Assembly (NCBI GenBank): GCA_963692915.1
Contig: OY843584.1
Location: 736,001-800,000, forward strand
Source: Cenarchaeum sp.
Lineage (GTDB): Archaea; Thermoproteota; Nitrososphaeria; Nitrososphaerales; Nitrosopumilaceae
DNA: 64,000 nucleotides
Direction: 5' to 3'
Numbering within the stretch: position 1 is the first letter of the stretch; each line of letters starts with the position of its first letter. Made by a program: the position numbers and the translations under genes. Under the pieces are notes generated by a model that was not told where the DNA came from, ran no database searches, and saw only the letters and a list, made by a program, of their open reading frames with translations. This document shows positions 31,701 to 40,323 of this stretch, piece by piece.

Positions 31701-31965
31701 CTCTCGGACTCGATTATTGACGTCACATACTCGGCGTTGACCGGAAGGAGGTACACGCGATCCGCAAAGCGCGTGTCAGTCTGTATGGTCGCCACGTTTG
31801 GGTTAACAAGGACGCTCTTTACGCCCTCTTCCCTGATCGCCTTTAGGCACTGGCTTCCGGAGTAGTCGAATTGGCGGCCGTTTTGCGGCTCTCGCCGGCT
31901 TCTCCGATCTTTATTGCCCCGCTTCCGAGGACCAGTATCTTACGTGGCGACTCGCGCCTAGCCAG
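28688..31965 (-). CDS. carB: Carbamoyl-phosphate synthase large subunit; join(31965..31891,31870..28688), 1085 aa after removing the 20-nt insert
   Basis: Exon 1 LARRESPRKILVLGSGAIKIGEAGE plus exon 2 FDYSGSQCLKA...VNPNVATIQTD; EVNPRLSRSSALASKATG; GSSVEFDW; MGS domain. Confidence 0.95.
31871..31890 (-). other. Putative BHB-type intron in carB mRNA (AGCCGCAAAACGGCCGCCAA)
   Basis: GGCG/CGCC 4-bp helix, AGA and AAU bulges, inner GCCG-CAAAA-CGGC hairpin; cuts AG^A and AA^U rejoin to GGC GAG TTC GAC. Confidence 0.8.
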
Positions 31966-33058
31966 GCGTTACCTCCCCCATAAGGCGCGAGAGCTCGTCA
32001 AAGACAAAGCCGCAGTCATAGGGTCCCGGTGACGCTTCGGGATGAAACTGCACTGCTATGCATTTTCCTCCCGAGTGCCTGATGCCCTCAACGGTTTTGT
32101 CATCTGTATTAGTGAACCACAGGTTAAACTCCGAGCCTTCCAGTGACTTGGGATCGATGCAATATCCATGGTTTTGGCTCGTGACGTACACATTTCCCGT
32201 GTCCACGTCAAGACACGGCTTGTTCTGCCCGCGGTGGCCGTACTTCATCTTGTACGTGCCTGCGCCTCCGGCCAACGCGATTATCTGCGCGCCAAGGCAT
32301 ATGCCAAGCGTTGGAATGCCACGCGAGACAAGTTCACGAACAGCATCAACTGCCTGTGGACAGTGCTGCGGGTCTCCCGGACCGTTGCTTATTATCACGC
32401 CAGCTGGATTGTGCTCTAGTATGCGCGATGCCGGCGTGTCCCATGGCACGACGACTGCACGAAATCCCAGGCGGCAGACATTGCGCAGTATGGCGTTCTT
32501 TACGCCCGTGTCAACGACGACGACTGTCCGGCCGTTGCCGTATGACACCTCGCGTGTCGTGGAGACGGACTCGACGAGTCGCTCAGATGCATAGTCGTGG
32601 CCTCCAATAGAGCGCAGGACGGCCTGCGTGTCTATCTCCGAGTCAGACACGCATATTGCTGCCATCGTCGAGCCAGCAGACCTGAGCGTCTTTGTGAGCT
32701 CTCGCGTGTCAATGCCGGCTATGCCCTGCACACCCTCGCGGTTGAGCCACTCATCAAGCGTGGAGACGAGGCTCCGGTGGTTTGCGACATGAGAGAGCTC
32801 GTGAATCACTAGCCCGCGCGCATGTATCTTTGAGGACTCGACGTTGAGGCGTATGCCATTATCGTCTGCGGCCTCTGTGTCTGGCACGCCATAGTTGCCC
32901 ACAAGTGGGTACGTTACGGTCACGAGTTGACCACCATACGAGGGATCCGTGAGCGTCTCGGTATAGCCGACCATCCCCGTGTTAAAGACGAGCTCGCCGA
33001 CGGCAGTCCCCGTGCTTCCAAAGCCCTCTCCGCGTATCACCGTGCCGTCCCCCAGCAC
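31958..33058 (-). CDS. carA: Carbamoyl-phosphate synthase small subunit (true start uncertain)
   Basis: GELVFNTGMVGY, ISNGPGDP, GICLG, SQNHGY, QFHPEASPGP. Confidence 0.96.
   Translation of the reverse strand: MLGDGTVIRGEGFGSTGTAVGELVFNTGMVGYTETLTDPSYGGQLVTVTYPLVGNYGVPDTEAADDNGIRLNVESSKIHARGLVIHELSHVANHRSLVSTLDEWLNREGVQGIAGIDTRELTKTLRSAGSTMAAICVSDSEIDTQAVLRSIGGHDYASERLVESVSTTREVSYGNGRTVVVVDTGVKNAILRNVCRLGFRAVVVPWDTPASRILEHNPAGVIISNGPGDPQHCPQAVDAVRELVSRGIPTLGICLGAQIIALAGGAGTYKMKYGHRGQNKPCLDVDTGNVYVTSQNHGYCIDPKSLEGSEFNLWFTNTDDKTVEGIRHSGGKCIAVQFHPEASPGPYDCGFVFDELSRLMGEVTPG
31971..31976 (-). promoter_or_regulatory. Shine-Dalgarno site of carB
   Basis: GGAGGT 5 nt upstream of CTG 31965. Confidence 0.65.
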
Positions 33059-33352
33059 TAGTGCTCCAAATTTGCCCGCATGCTGCGATCTTTTAGTAGG
33101 TATCTTTGACCCTCAACGGCGCGCCGACGGCGCGGATTTAAATTTTATGAGGAAATTGGGCGGAATTTCAGGCCACGGCGGCTCGTCTGGCCAGCATTGC
33201 CAAGATCGCCATGCGTGATGACACGCGTGGGGGAACTGCAGGGTCAGGCCACATCAGACGGCCAAACCATGTCTCGGTGTGGCCGTGCGTGGACAGACAC
33301 GGGCGGCAGTGTCCAAATGCGCCCCTCTTGTGGCACCGCTAGGGACGTTTGC

Positions 33353-34546
33353 CTAGAGTGCCCCGAACTGCTCGGCCCACTTTTGGTACGCGCGAACCAT
33401 CTCGTCAGACACGCTAGGCTTTCTCTGACCCATGACCTCCTTAAAGTCGGCCATCGTTATGTCCTTTGGCTGCTGCGGCGACTCGCCCTCAATGGGCTCC
33501 TTGTATCCAGGGGAGCCCAGGAGGTCATGAACCACCTTTAGCTGCACGCTCTGGCACGCATCCTTTATGTCACTCGCGCTGTACCTGTCAAAGAGCTTTG
33601 CGAGCATTGCGGTTCGCACGCGCACGTCCTTGTGGAGGGGCGCGGTGTAGAGGTCAAAGAGGTTCTTGCGCGCCTCAAGGGACGGCAGCGATATGTTGAT
33701 CCTCTTTTGGAACCTCCGCAGAAACGCATCATCTAGGCTCCACGGCTTGTTCGTCGCACCGATGACGTACATCTTTAGATTTTTGCCCTTGCCGCTAACG
33801 CCGTCCATCTCGGTAAGAAACTGGTTTTTGGTGCGAACCTCTCCGCCGATCTCGCTGTTGCGCGATCCCAGCAGCGAATCTACCTCGTCGATGAACAGTA
33901 TAACGGGCTTTCCCTCCCGCTCGGTGAGCCCGCGTGCCATCGTAAATAGTTGCGAGACGTTCTTTTCTGCCTCGCCAAGCCATTTGCTCATTATCGACGA
34001 GGCATCCACGCTGATAAAGTATCCGTCAAGCTCGCTTGCCGTGGCTGCCGCCAGTATTGTCTTGCCGCATCCCGGAGGGCCATACAGGAGTATGCCACGT
34101 GGCCATCCCAGCGGAAACAGGTCGGGCCGTTTTGTCGGATAGACTATAGACTCGCGCAGTGCGTTCTTTGCGGTCTCGAGGCCGATGACCTCATCCCACT
34201 TTACGTTGGGCTTTTCGCGTATGATAAGCTCGTCAAACGAGTTGGATGCGCGCTGGCCATCTAGGGACTTTTTTTGCTCCTCGGGCGTCTTTGTGGGGTC
34301 AATGACTGGCTCTGCGCCGTGGGAGGACTGGAGAACCGTTATCCTCTTCTTGTACGAGTCGACGCGCTCCTTGTAAAGCGCTGCGAGCTTGCACGCGGGG
34401 TATAGGCGGAGTATCTGCAGGAGCGAGTCGATGGATTTTTGGTAGCTCGCCACTGCCATGCCACGTGCGCCCTGGGAGTCAAACCTGAGCGCGTCCGTGG
34501 CGTGTTTGCTCGCACTGTCCTCAAGCTTCTGCGGTGCTAGGCTCAA
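33353..34546 (-). CDS. cdvC: Vps4-like AAA+ ATPase CdvC with MIT domain
   Basis: N-terminal MIT helices, GPPGCGKT, SKWLGEAEK, FIDEVD, RRFQKRI. Confidence 0.92.
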   Translation of the reverse strand: MSLAPQKLEDSASKHATDALRFDSQGARGMAVASYQKSIDSLLQILRLYPACKLAALYKERVDSYKKRITVLQSSHGAEPVIDPTKTPEEQKKSLDGQRASNSFDELIIREKPNVKWDEVIGLETAKNALRESIVYPTKRPDLFPLGWPRGILLYGPPGCGKTILAAATASELDGYFISVDASSIMSKWLGEAEKNVSQLFTMARGLTEREGKPVILFIDEVDSLLGSRNSEIGGEVRTKNQFLTEMDGVSGKGKNLKMYVIGATNKPWSLDDAFLRRFQKRINISLPSLEARKNLFDLYTAPLHKDVRVRTAMLAKLFDRYSASDIKDACQSVQLKVVHDLLGSPGYKEPIEGESPQQPKDITMADFKEVMGQRKPSVSDEMVRAYQKWAEQFGAL

Positions 34547-34644
34547 TATTCCACGCTCGTCACGCCAACAGTTGGGGCACGAGTTGGTATTATCGTGTGT
34601 AAGTTATAGTCCATGCCCGTGTTAAATTGTTTAAACCCTCGCCC

Positions 34645-34992
34645 TCAGGCGTCGGCCTGCGCGCCTCGCTGGCACTCCCGAATGCGCCCCACGGCGGCCT
34701 CGGCCAGGGCCAGGAGCTCGGCTGCCCTGCTCTCTGTCCGCTCGGCCTCGGCGGCGGCCTCCTCGGCTATGGAGACGACTTCCTCGAGTGCCGCGACTGC
34801 CTTGCTGGAGGCTCCCTGCCTGTGAAGCGCGTGGCGTGCGACCTGCAGGACGCAGTCAAGATCCCGCAGCTCGCCGTCACTCAGGCCCGCAAGTGCATCA
34901 CGCCCCTCGATGCGACGCTCGCGCATGGCCGAGCCGACGCGCTCGCCAAGCTCGGCCACACGTGCTGCCGGGGTCTTGCGCACTATGCCCAT
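34645..34992 (-). CDS. Hypothetical helical protein
   Basis: ORF coupled to upstream gene; A/E/R-rich helices. Confidence 0.5.
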   Translation of the reverse strand: MGIVRKTPAARVAELGERVGSAMRERRIEGRDALAGLSDGELRDLDCVLQVARHALHRQGASSKAVAALEEVVSIAEEAAAEAERTESRAAELLALAEAAVGRIRECQRGAQADA

Positions 34993-35540
34993 GCGCCGCC
35001 CAGCGCCGCGGGATCTAGTTTAGGGTAGCGCTTGCAGAGTTTAGAGTCAACGATCAACTTTGCGCCCTCTAGCGCACGCGCGGCCTCTTGTGCGCACGCG
35101 CCATAATCAGCCCTCGTTCCGGCCATGAGTGCAGCATCGATGGTCACGCTTCCAAGCGTGCCGGCCGCCTCGTCCAGTGTCATGGCGCACGTGGGAGCAG
35201 GCTCATGAGCCTGCGAGCTGGCCGCGCGAACCATCGATATTGCCACCGGAAGAGCCACGGCAAGGCCCCGCAGGCCGCCCGTGCTGCGAATCAGCTCCAG
35301 GGCACCACGCGTCGAGCCGGCTGCGATGAGCAGCGAGCGCTCGGTGCGCACGCGCGCAGCCAGTGCGTGATCATCCCCACGTGGGCGCACGTGGGCGCTG
35401 CCGGCCATGGACTCGAGTTCTGCGCATGCGCGCTCTAGGAGCGAGACTGCGTACGCTATTCTTGGCGTGAGCGTCACGCCCTGGGCGGCCACTGCCACCG
35501 TGAGGGCATTTCGCGTCTCCGTGTGTGCCATATACGACAT
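34983..35540 (-). CDS. Divergent ESCRT-III/Snf7 (CdvB-like) protein
   Basis: All-helical; C-terminal EAARALEGAKLIVDSKLCKRYPKL resembles CdvB/Snf7 core end; near cdvC. Confidence 0.55.
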   Translation of the reverse strand: MSYMAHTETRNALTVAVAAQGVTLTPRIAYAVSLLERACAELESMAGSAHVRPRGDDHALAARVRTERSLLIAAGSTRGALELIRSTGGLRGLAVALPVAISMVRAASSQAHEPAPTCAMTLDEAAGTLGSVTIDAALMAGTRADYGACAQEAARALEGAKLIVDSKLCKRYPKLDPAALGGAWA

Positions 35541-35689
35541 AGCTCAATCCCGGTATATCACGGCGCCGTTGCCGCATGGCGCGTAGCCACGGTGACGCCC
35601 ACGGGGGTGACAGATCAGAGTATTTTTTGAGCAGTCACGCAAAGGAAGTTGGCACGCACAATTACCAAAGGCGTGCGTGAGGGGGACTC

Positions 35690-36880
35690 ATGGGAGTCGC
35701 AGAGAGCCTGGCAGCAGGCCTAGCCGAGTTTGGCCTGAGCCAGTACGAGGCTCGCGCATACGTCGCGCTCCTCGCCAAGGGAACCGCGACTGCCGGCGAG
35801 CTCGCATACAGGGCGGAGATACCGCGCACAAAGGTGTATCCCGTGATGCTCCGCCTCGAGAAGAGGGGCCTGGCCACTGTGGGGAACAAGAAGCCCGTAA
35901 CGTGCTCGGCGGTTCCGCCCGAGGAGTCCCTCGAGGGCTCGATCAAGATGCAGATAGACAAGGTCAACTCTATGAACTCGCTAGTCTCCGGACTCCGGTC
36001 TGTGAGTGACGGCGCGAGGCGCCTCCGTGGAACCGAGGAGCGCAAGTACTCCCACGTCGGGCACGCAGGCGTGCTCGCTAGCGCACAGGAGATGGTAGGA
36101 GGAGCATCATCCTCCATGCACGCAGTTGTAGATGACGCAGGACTGGGCGTCATTGTCGAGTGCGTCGAGGTCATCATCGCCGCTGTCCGCCGTGGCGTAG
36201 ATGTCAGGATTATCACAACTCCAGATGCAATAGGAACCGAGCCGATGCAAAAGATCCCGCGCAGCGTCAAAGTTCGCATAGCCCGCTCGGGTCACAACTG
36301 CATGATCCTTGATGGCACGGGCGTCCTGATCCTAGGTGGAGATGCTGGCCGCGCCGCCGCACTAGAGTCATCCCCCATAGTGGGCGGTGACCTCGAGAGG
36401 GCATTTGAGCTGCTGTGGGAGGATGCAATTCCGGCAGCGCCACTCTCGTCACTTGGTCACGATGCAGCGCAGGAGGCGTATCGAGCGATCGTCCTTGTCG
36501 ACAAGGCAGGACTTGGCCATGCGCTCGGTTCAGCGATCACGCGCACAAAGGGCGGAATGGCAGCGCTTCTCAAGGACAATGGCATAGACATAAGCGGACG
36601 CAATCTCGATGACGTGGTATGCCTAGCCAACGCGGCGATTCGCGCAACGTGCGATGGGCGCGTCTCCGTCGACGAAAAGAGCGGGAGCATACTAGTCGAG
36701 TCAGACCTAAACAGCGGACACTCGCTTCCGTGGGCCAGCATGATTGAGGGATATCTCGAGTCGCACGGAGTCAAGACAAGGCTAGTCTACCAGGCAGGCC
36801 CGAAGCGCGGCGAGCGCGTCCACATAAAAATGGCCGGCCGACGGCGCAACGCGGCCAATGGCCAACAATCCGGCCAATAG
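35690..36880 (+). CDS. TrmB family transcriptional regulator
   Basis: FGLSQYEARAYVALL...IPRTKVYPVM..LEKRGL. Confidence 0.9.
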   Translation: MGVAESLAAGLAEFGLSQYEARAYVALLAKGTATAGELAYRAEIPRTKVYPVMLRLEKRGLATVGNKKPVTCSAVPPEESLEGSIKMQIDKVNSMNSLVSGLRSVSDGARRLRGTEERKYSHVGHAGVLASAQEMVGGASSSMHAVVDDAGLGVIVECVEVIIAAVRRGVDVRIITTPDAIGTEPMQKIPRSVKVRIARSGHNCMILDGTGVLILGGDAGRAAALESSPIVGGDLERAFELLWEDAIPAAPLSSLGHDAAQEAYRAIVLVDKAGLGHALGSAITRTKGGMAALLKDNGIDISGRNLDDVVCLANAAIRATCDGRVSVDEKSGSILVESDLNSGHSLPWASMIEGYLESHGVKTRLVYQAGPKRGERVHIKMAGRRRNAANGQQSGQ

Positions 36881-37028
36881 CGCCAAACGCAGCCTTCAAG
36901 GTCGCGATATCGGCTCACGCGGGTCGCTTGCAGGAGAAACCCCCCACCAGGCCGATCCTGCCCCAACATATCAAGAATGACCTGTTTTTGCGCAAGAGTT
37001 AAAATTGGTCACGCAATGACGCGATCTC

Positions 37029-37484
37029 GTGTCAGTCGAGGAGAGGCTTGCATCATACCTGCTCGGTCCTCTGCCGGAGGCTCCCGTGCCCGCTGGCGCG
37101 TACGCGCCAGTCGCACTCGCCGGCAAGCTTGCCTTTGTCTCAGGGCAGATCCCCATAAGTGGTGGGAACATTCGCTATAGGGGCGCAGTCAGTGCCGACA
37201 ATGTGGTCGAGGGTCGCGAGTCTGCGCGCCTTTGCGCGCTCAACGTGCTCTCTCAGCTTCGAGCCAAGGTCGGATCGCTCGATCGTGTCAAAAATGTCGT
37301 TCGCATCACCGGATACGTGAACTCGGGGCCCGGATTTACGGACCAGCCCGCAGTCATGGATGGCGCATCAGAGATGTTTGCCGCCGCCTTTGGGCCAAAG
37401 ACCCACGCGCGCGTCGCAATAGGCGTCTCATCACTTCCGATGAACGTAATGACCGAGGTAGACGCGATAGCCGAGCTGGCCTAG
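37029..37484 (+). CDS. RidA/YjgF family protein
   Basis: AFVSGQIP, HARVAIGVSSLP, TEVD. Confidence 0.9.
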   Translation: MSVEERLASYLLGPLPEAPVPAGAYAPVALAGKLAFVSGQIPISGGNIRYRGAVSADNVVEGRESARLCALNVLSQLRAKVGSLDRVKNVVRITGYVNSGPGFTDQPAVMDGASEMFAAAFGPKTHARVAIGVSSLPMNVMTEVDAIAELA

Positions 37485-38494
37485 TCTAGACGCCTGTTGA
37501 GCTCGCGCAGGAACGTCCTGATCTTCGGCTCGGGCACGAGCGCGCCACACGCCCTGTTGTGACCGCCACCCGAGCCGCCAAGCTCGGTGGAGAGAGAGTT
37601 GACAATCCTTCCAAGATGAACCTTGCACGCCTTGGAGCCCCTAACTGAGACTGCGCACGTGCCGTGGGAAGGCCGGCGACGGAATGCGACGCCAACTGTC
37701 TTGCCCGAGAGGCCAAGGGCAAAGTTGACTGCACCGCCGGCGCCCGAGTCAGTCGTCTCAACATATCCAATGTTCTTCATCCGCTTGAGGTTTCTTCGCA
37801 CGCCTGACATGACATCGGCTAGCTTTGCGGCACCAAGGCGAGCCTGCTCATATGCGCCATCGATGTCATGCGGGTAGCGCGAGGCGGCCAGTGCGGCGAC
37901 TATTTTTTGCAAGTATTCAGGATCCTTTTGCCGGCTCACAATATTGTACGTCAGAACCGTCGCGCTGACAAGCGCAAATTGCCTGTCATATGTCTGCAGC
38001 AAACGGGCGCCCATTGGCCTGTCCTCCATATAGTCAGTGATTGCCGCGCATGCAGCAACAAAGCGCGCGTGCTCGGAGAGCCGGCGCGAGAACGTCTGGT
38101 ACACTAGCACGCTGGCGCACTCGCCGATGTCGTGAACCATAGTGATGCCGGCGGCGACTAGCCTTCTGCGCACCGATGGCGCGATGTCATGATGATCGAT
38201 ATATGTGACCTGGACGCGCCTCTTGCGAAGCGCGCGAAGCTCCTCTACAAATGCGTCCTGGTTTCTCTTGCTGAGCCCAAGATCGCAGATAAAGAGGCGC
38301 TTTAGCGCCAGATCTGCGGCGATCTCGGCGAGGGCATCCATCTGACCAGGATAGTCCACAAGGACGGTGCTTCCGCCAAAGGCCTCGCGTATTAGGGCCG
38401 CGGCACTGATTCCGTCAGCGTCCTCCTTGTGCGAGAGGCAGACGGTCTTTGTCTTTGCCGGTGCGCGCCGACGCGACGCTTTTGTCGAGCCCAT
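37481..38494 (-). CDS. DHH/DHHA1 phosphoesterase
   Basis: HKEDADG, DLG, IDHH, SVRG, GGGHNRACG. Confidence 0.88.
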   Translation of the reverse strand: MGSTKASRRRAPAKTKTVCLSHKEDADGISAAALIREAFGGSTVLVDYPGQMDALAEIAADLALKRLFICDLGLSKRNQDAFVEELRALRKRRVQVTYIDHHDIAPSVRRRLVAAGITMVHDIGECASVLVYQTFSRRLSEHARFVAACAAITDYMEDRPMGARLLQTYDRQFALVSATVLTYNIVSRQKDPEYLQKIVAALAASRYPHDIDGAYEQARLGAAKLADVMSGVRRNLKRMKNIGYVETTDSGAGGAVNFALGLSGKTVGVAFRRRPSHGTCAVSVRGSKACKVHLGRIVNSLSTELGGSGGGHNRACGALVPEPKIRTFLRELNRRLD

Positions 38495-38546
38495 TAGCGC
38501 AATATACGCAGATCGCCCAATTTAAACCAAAAACGTCCGCGCCGCA

Positions 38547-38729
38547 CTAGGCGCGACGTCGGCCATGAGACGCGACTAGAGCGCCAGACTCGATGACATG
38601 ATCATAGAACGTGGTGCCTGACATTTGTGTCTCGATATCAAGCCTCTGCAGCTCCCTTAGGCGCTCTGGCGAGGCACCAAGGACAATCTCGTCAACGCTC
38701 CTCATCAGGCGCCTCTCCTCAGATGACAT
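38547..38729 (-). CDS. Small conserved hypothetical protein
   Basis: VDEIV..ASPE...LQRLDIETQMSGTTFYD; similar to ORF 40039-40245. Confidence 0.55.
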   Translation of the reverse strand: MSSEERRLMRSVDEIVLGASPERLRELQRLDIETQMSGTTFYDHVIESGALVASHGRRRA

Positions 38730-38866
38730 CTTGGCCAAGGGTGTCAAATTTGCGCTATATGGCAAAGTGTTGAAAGTTTAGACAAAATGCTAAGCTATGC
38801 GGTGCTACCATGCGTGACCCGTGCGTGTAGGTTATAATATCACCATGCGCACGCCGATGCACACAC

Positions 38867-40036
38867 ATGGAGACAAAGAACATCGGACTACGTGGAATAG
38901 AGGTCGCCGACACGCGCATATCAAACATTGATGGCGGGAGGGGCAAGCTCATCTATCGCGGGTATGATATTGAAGAGCTTGCAAGAAAGTCAAGCTTTGA
39001 GGAGACGTCATACCTGCTCCTCCACGACCGCTTGCCGACAAAGGCCGAGTATGCCGATTTTGTGCGCAAGGTGGCCGAGGCGCGCTGGATACCCAAACAG
39101 ATGCAGACGAACATGGGTAACTGGAGGAGAGACGCGGATCCGATGGATATGCTCCAGGCGTTTGTCGCCGCGCTGGCCGGATACTATGACGAGGAGTTTT
39201 CGACAAAAGAGGCAAGCTATGACCGTGCGATAAACCTGATAGCAAAGGTGCCCACAATAGTCGCAAGCTGGCAGCGTATCCGTAACGGCAAGGTGCCAGT
39301 AGACCCTGATCCCGACCTTGGGCATGCCGCAAACTTTTTGCGCATGATGTCCGGTCGAACACCTGACGAGGAGACCGCACACATATTTGACACGTGCCTT
39401 ATACTTCACGCAGACCACACGTTCAACGCCTCAACGTTCACCGCAAGACAGGTTGCATCGACGCGTGCACACATGTACTCGGCTGCGAGCTCGGCAATTG
39501 GAGCGCTGAGCGGCGAGCTTCACGGCGGCGCAAACTATGAGGTCATGAGGATGCTACTTGACATTGGCGATGTCAGCAAGGTCGAGCCGTGGATACGCGC
39601 TCGCATGGACGCAGGTGGACGCGTCATGGGCATGGGTCATGCAGTGTACAGGACGTTTGATCCCCGTGCAGTTGTCCTCCAACGCCTATCACGCCAGCTT
39701 GCCACAAAGACGCGCGAGCCGTGGTATGACATTACCGAGGCAGTGGAACGCACGACAATGTCGATCATGAAGGACGCAAAGGGCATCGACATATACCCCA
39801 ATGTTGACCTCTACAGCGCGTCAGTCTATTATATGCTAAAGATACCAATGGATCTCAACACCCCGATATTTGCAATCTCGAGGTCAGTCGGGTGGGCAGC
39901 GCACATCATCGAAGAAAAGTTTGCCGAGGCTGCGCCAAAGCCAGCACTCTACAGGCCCAAGGCGATCTATGTCGGCAAATATTGCGGGCCAGACGGATGC
40001 GAGTACAAGCCACTTGACCTGCGCACGCCGATCTAG
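38867..40036 (+). CDS. gltA: Citrate synthase
   Basis: HADHTFNAST, LHGGAN, GMGHAVY, YPNVD. Confidence 0.96.
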   Translation: METKNIGLRGIEVADTRISNIDGGRGKLIYRGYDIEELARKSSFEETSYLLLHDRLPTKAEYADFVRKVAEARWIPKQMQTNMGNWRRDADPMDMLQAFVAALAGYYDEEFSTKEASYDRAINLIAKVPTIVASWQRIRNGKVPVDPDPDLGHAANFLRMMSGRTPDEETAHIFDTCLILHADHTFNASTFTARQVASTRAHMYSAASSAIGALSGELHGGANYEVMRMLLDIGDVSKVEPWIRARMDAGGRVMGMGHAVYRTFDPRAVVLQRLSRQLATKTREPWYDITEAVERTTMSIMKDAKGIDIYPNVDLYSASVYYMLKIPMDLNTPIFAISRSVGWAAHIIEEKFAEAAPKPALYRPKAIYVGKYCGPDGCEYKPLDLRTPI

Positions 40037-40038
40037 GG

Positions 40039-40245
40039 CTAGTTGTGGGTCTGTGCCCACGTGCGTGCCCTAGAGTCGATGTCGTGGCGGTAGAGAACCT
40101 CAAAGACCATGTCATAGAACGTTATCCCACGACTGCGCGCCTGCTCATCGATCCAGCGTATGCCCTCGGCCAGCTCGGCGTCATGCTGTGCATAACCGAC
40201 GAGCTCGTCGACTGCTGCCGCAAACGTTCCGCGTGAGGCGTCCAT
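40039..40245 (-). CDS. Small conserved hypothetical protein
   Basis: VDELV...ELAEGIRWIDEQA...GITFYDMVFEVL. Confidence 0.65.
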   Translation of the reverse strand: MDASRGTFAAAVDELVGYAQHDAELAEGIRWIDEQARSRGITFYDMVFEVLYRHDIDSRARTWAQTHN

Positions 40246-40323
40246 CAGGTGCGCCTGACGATCTGCGATCAAAAGGCGCGGATTCAAAAAAAATGCACAA
40301 AACGCGCAGTTTTGAGGCATGAT

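Noticed and set aside
31871-31890. carB as a simple frameshifted pseudogene or programmed frameshift
   Set aside because: The rest of the gene is intact and the insert removes cleanly at BHB-predicted sites; a frameshift would leave 7 extra residues in a conserved motif.
33085-33112. Second BHB intron at the carA 5' end (GGTC/GATC helix)
   Set aside because: Predicted cuts remove 21 nt and do not reach the CarA frame; flanking helices are absent.
33140-33350. C/D box sRNA (GTGATGA at ~33216)
   Set aside because: No properly spaced CTGA D box on the same strand.
36909-36961. Possible pseudoknot (TCGGC/GCCGA, GCAGGA/TCCTGC) between trmB and ridA
   Set aside because: 5-6-bp stems are expected by chance in GC-rich DNA; no recognisable family motif.
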